Below, one piece after another: positions 35,310 to 36,132 of a stretch of DNA of 36,132 bases. Position 1 is the stretch's first letter; every line of letters begins with the position of its first letter. The stretch spans positions 1 through 36,132 of the forward strand of contig CAXGMD010000030.1 of the NCBI GenBank assembly GCA_964010765.1. The letters run 5' to 3'. The notes under the pieces were generated by a model that saw only the letters and a program-made list of their open reading frames with translations, was not told the origin of the DNA and did no database searches. The translations under genes were made by a program, and so were the position numbers. The stretch is from an uncultured bacterium (GTDB taxonomy: Bacteria > SAR324 > NAC60-12).

Positions 35310-36101
35310 ATGGAACACAATCACAGCAAGGAAATTGCTTATGGTTTCCCAACGATCTTTGGTCGGGGACTGTTGGATGAATTCAAGAATTTCGTCAATC
35401 CACCTTTCCTTGTCGTTACAATGGAAGATTTATGGCCAATGTTTGGACATCATTTTGAGGGAGCAGAGTGTCAAACTTACTTTTGTGGCTCGATTGAACA
35501 GGATGCTCTCAACAAAGAAGCTGAAAATCTTGGAGAAGTCCGAGCGATTGTGGGCCTTGGGGGTGGACAGGCCTTGGATGTGGCAAAATACTTCAGCTGG
35601 CGAAAAAACCTTCCTCTGTTTCAGGCTCCTACAGCGCTTTCTGTGAACGCGGTCTATGGCCAGCGCTCCGGGATTCGAATTGATGGAAAAGTCGTTTACC
35701 GTGGGTGGGCAGTTCCAGAGACAGTATATATTGATTATGACGTGTTAGCTAATTGCCCAGCCCATCTAAATTGGTCGGGGATTGGTGATATCCTCTGTTT
35801 CCATACTGGAGTGCTGGATTGGCAATACGCGGAACGAGAGGGAAAGGTTGAAGAGAAATGGCGCTATGATGAGGGTTTGGCCCAGCAGTCAATGAGAAAG
35901 GTTCGAGGGATCGTCGAGAATGTTGATAATATCCGAGTCATGAATGATCGGGGGATTGAGGCTCTCGTCGATGGTTTAAAGTGGGGAACGAGCTATCATG
36001 GTGCAGGTTGGTGCCCACGCCATATTGAGGGCACTGATCACTTTCTGTTTTATACCCTTGAGAAAATGACAGGTCAGAAATTCCTACACGGTCAGCCAGT
36101 T
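35310..36101 (+). CDS. EgsA/AraM-like (glycerol-1-phosphate dehydrogenase / glycerol dehydrogenase family) oxidoreductase, 3'-truncated
   Basis: Own translation from ATG 35310 (GAGGA RBS), 264 codons with no stop before the adapter: GLGGGQALDVAKY, APTALS, GIGDILCFHTGVLDW, RHIEGTDH, FLHGQPV. Absent from the ORF track because it has no stop. Confidence 0.85.
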
Positions 36102-36132
36102 AGATCGGAAGAGCACACGTCTGAACTCCAGT
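36102..36132 (+). other. Illumina TruSeq adapter sequence (artefact)
   Basis: AGATCGGAAGAGCACACGTCTGAACTCCAGT is an exact match to the well-known adapter. Confidence 0.99.

Noticed and set aside
35335..35646. 103-aa ORF in the track
   Set aside because: Out-of-frame shadow of the real EgsA-like gene starting at 35310.
1..36132. CRISPR arrays, IS elements, prophage, defence systems, rRNA/tRNA
   Set aside because: No repeat-spacer arrays, transposase, integrase, phage or defence motifs, or tRNA/rRNA signatures seen. Almost all the sequence is explained by metabolic genes.

Overview
Bacterial chromosomal contig, gene-dense, with no rRNA, tRNA, CRISPR or mobile element that I can support. (1) 1-1979: 3' part of scpB, then glpK. 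(2) 2140-2322: a 60-aa His-containing membrane peptide with its own sigma70-type promoter. (3) 2573-23734: a 21-gene co-oriented purine catabolism cluster. It encodes guanine deaminase, XdhAB, cytochrome-c urate oxidase PuuD, UraH, UraD, allantoin racemase, PuuE, allantoicase and ureidoglycolate lyase, plus three different ABC importers. (4) 23743-26672, minus strand: msrP (no msrQ), a yggU gene broken by an in-frame TAA, and two alpha/beta hydrolases. (5) 27080-28561: two tandem paralogous secreted, beta-barrel-like proteins of unknown function sharing an invariant C-terminal TDCVPTAYVQC tail, preceded by a candidate four-way-junction RNA. (6) 28822-36101: an uncharacterised catabolic locus with an M81/MlrC peptidase, a divergent PdxA, GntR, TctABC and an EgsA/glycerol-1-phosphate-dehydrogenase-like gene that the ORF track missed. 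The last 31 nt are Illumina adapter. All family calls come from motifs recognised by eye; no database searches or folding computations were run.
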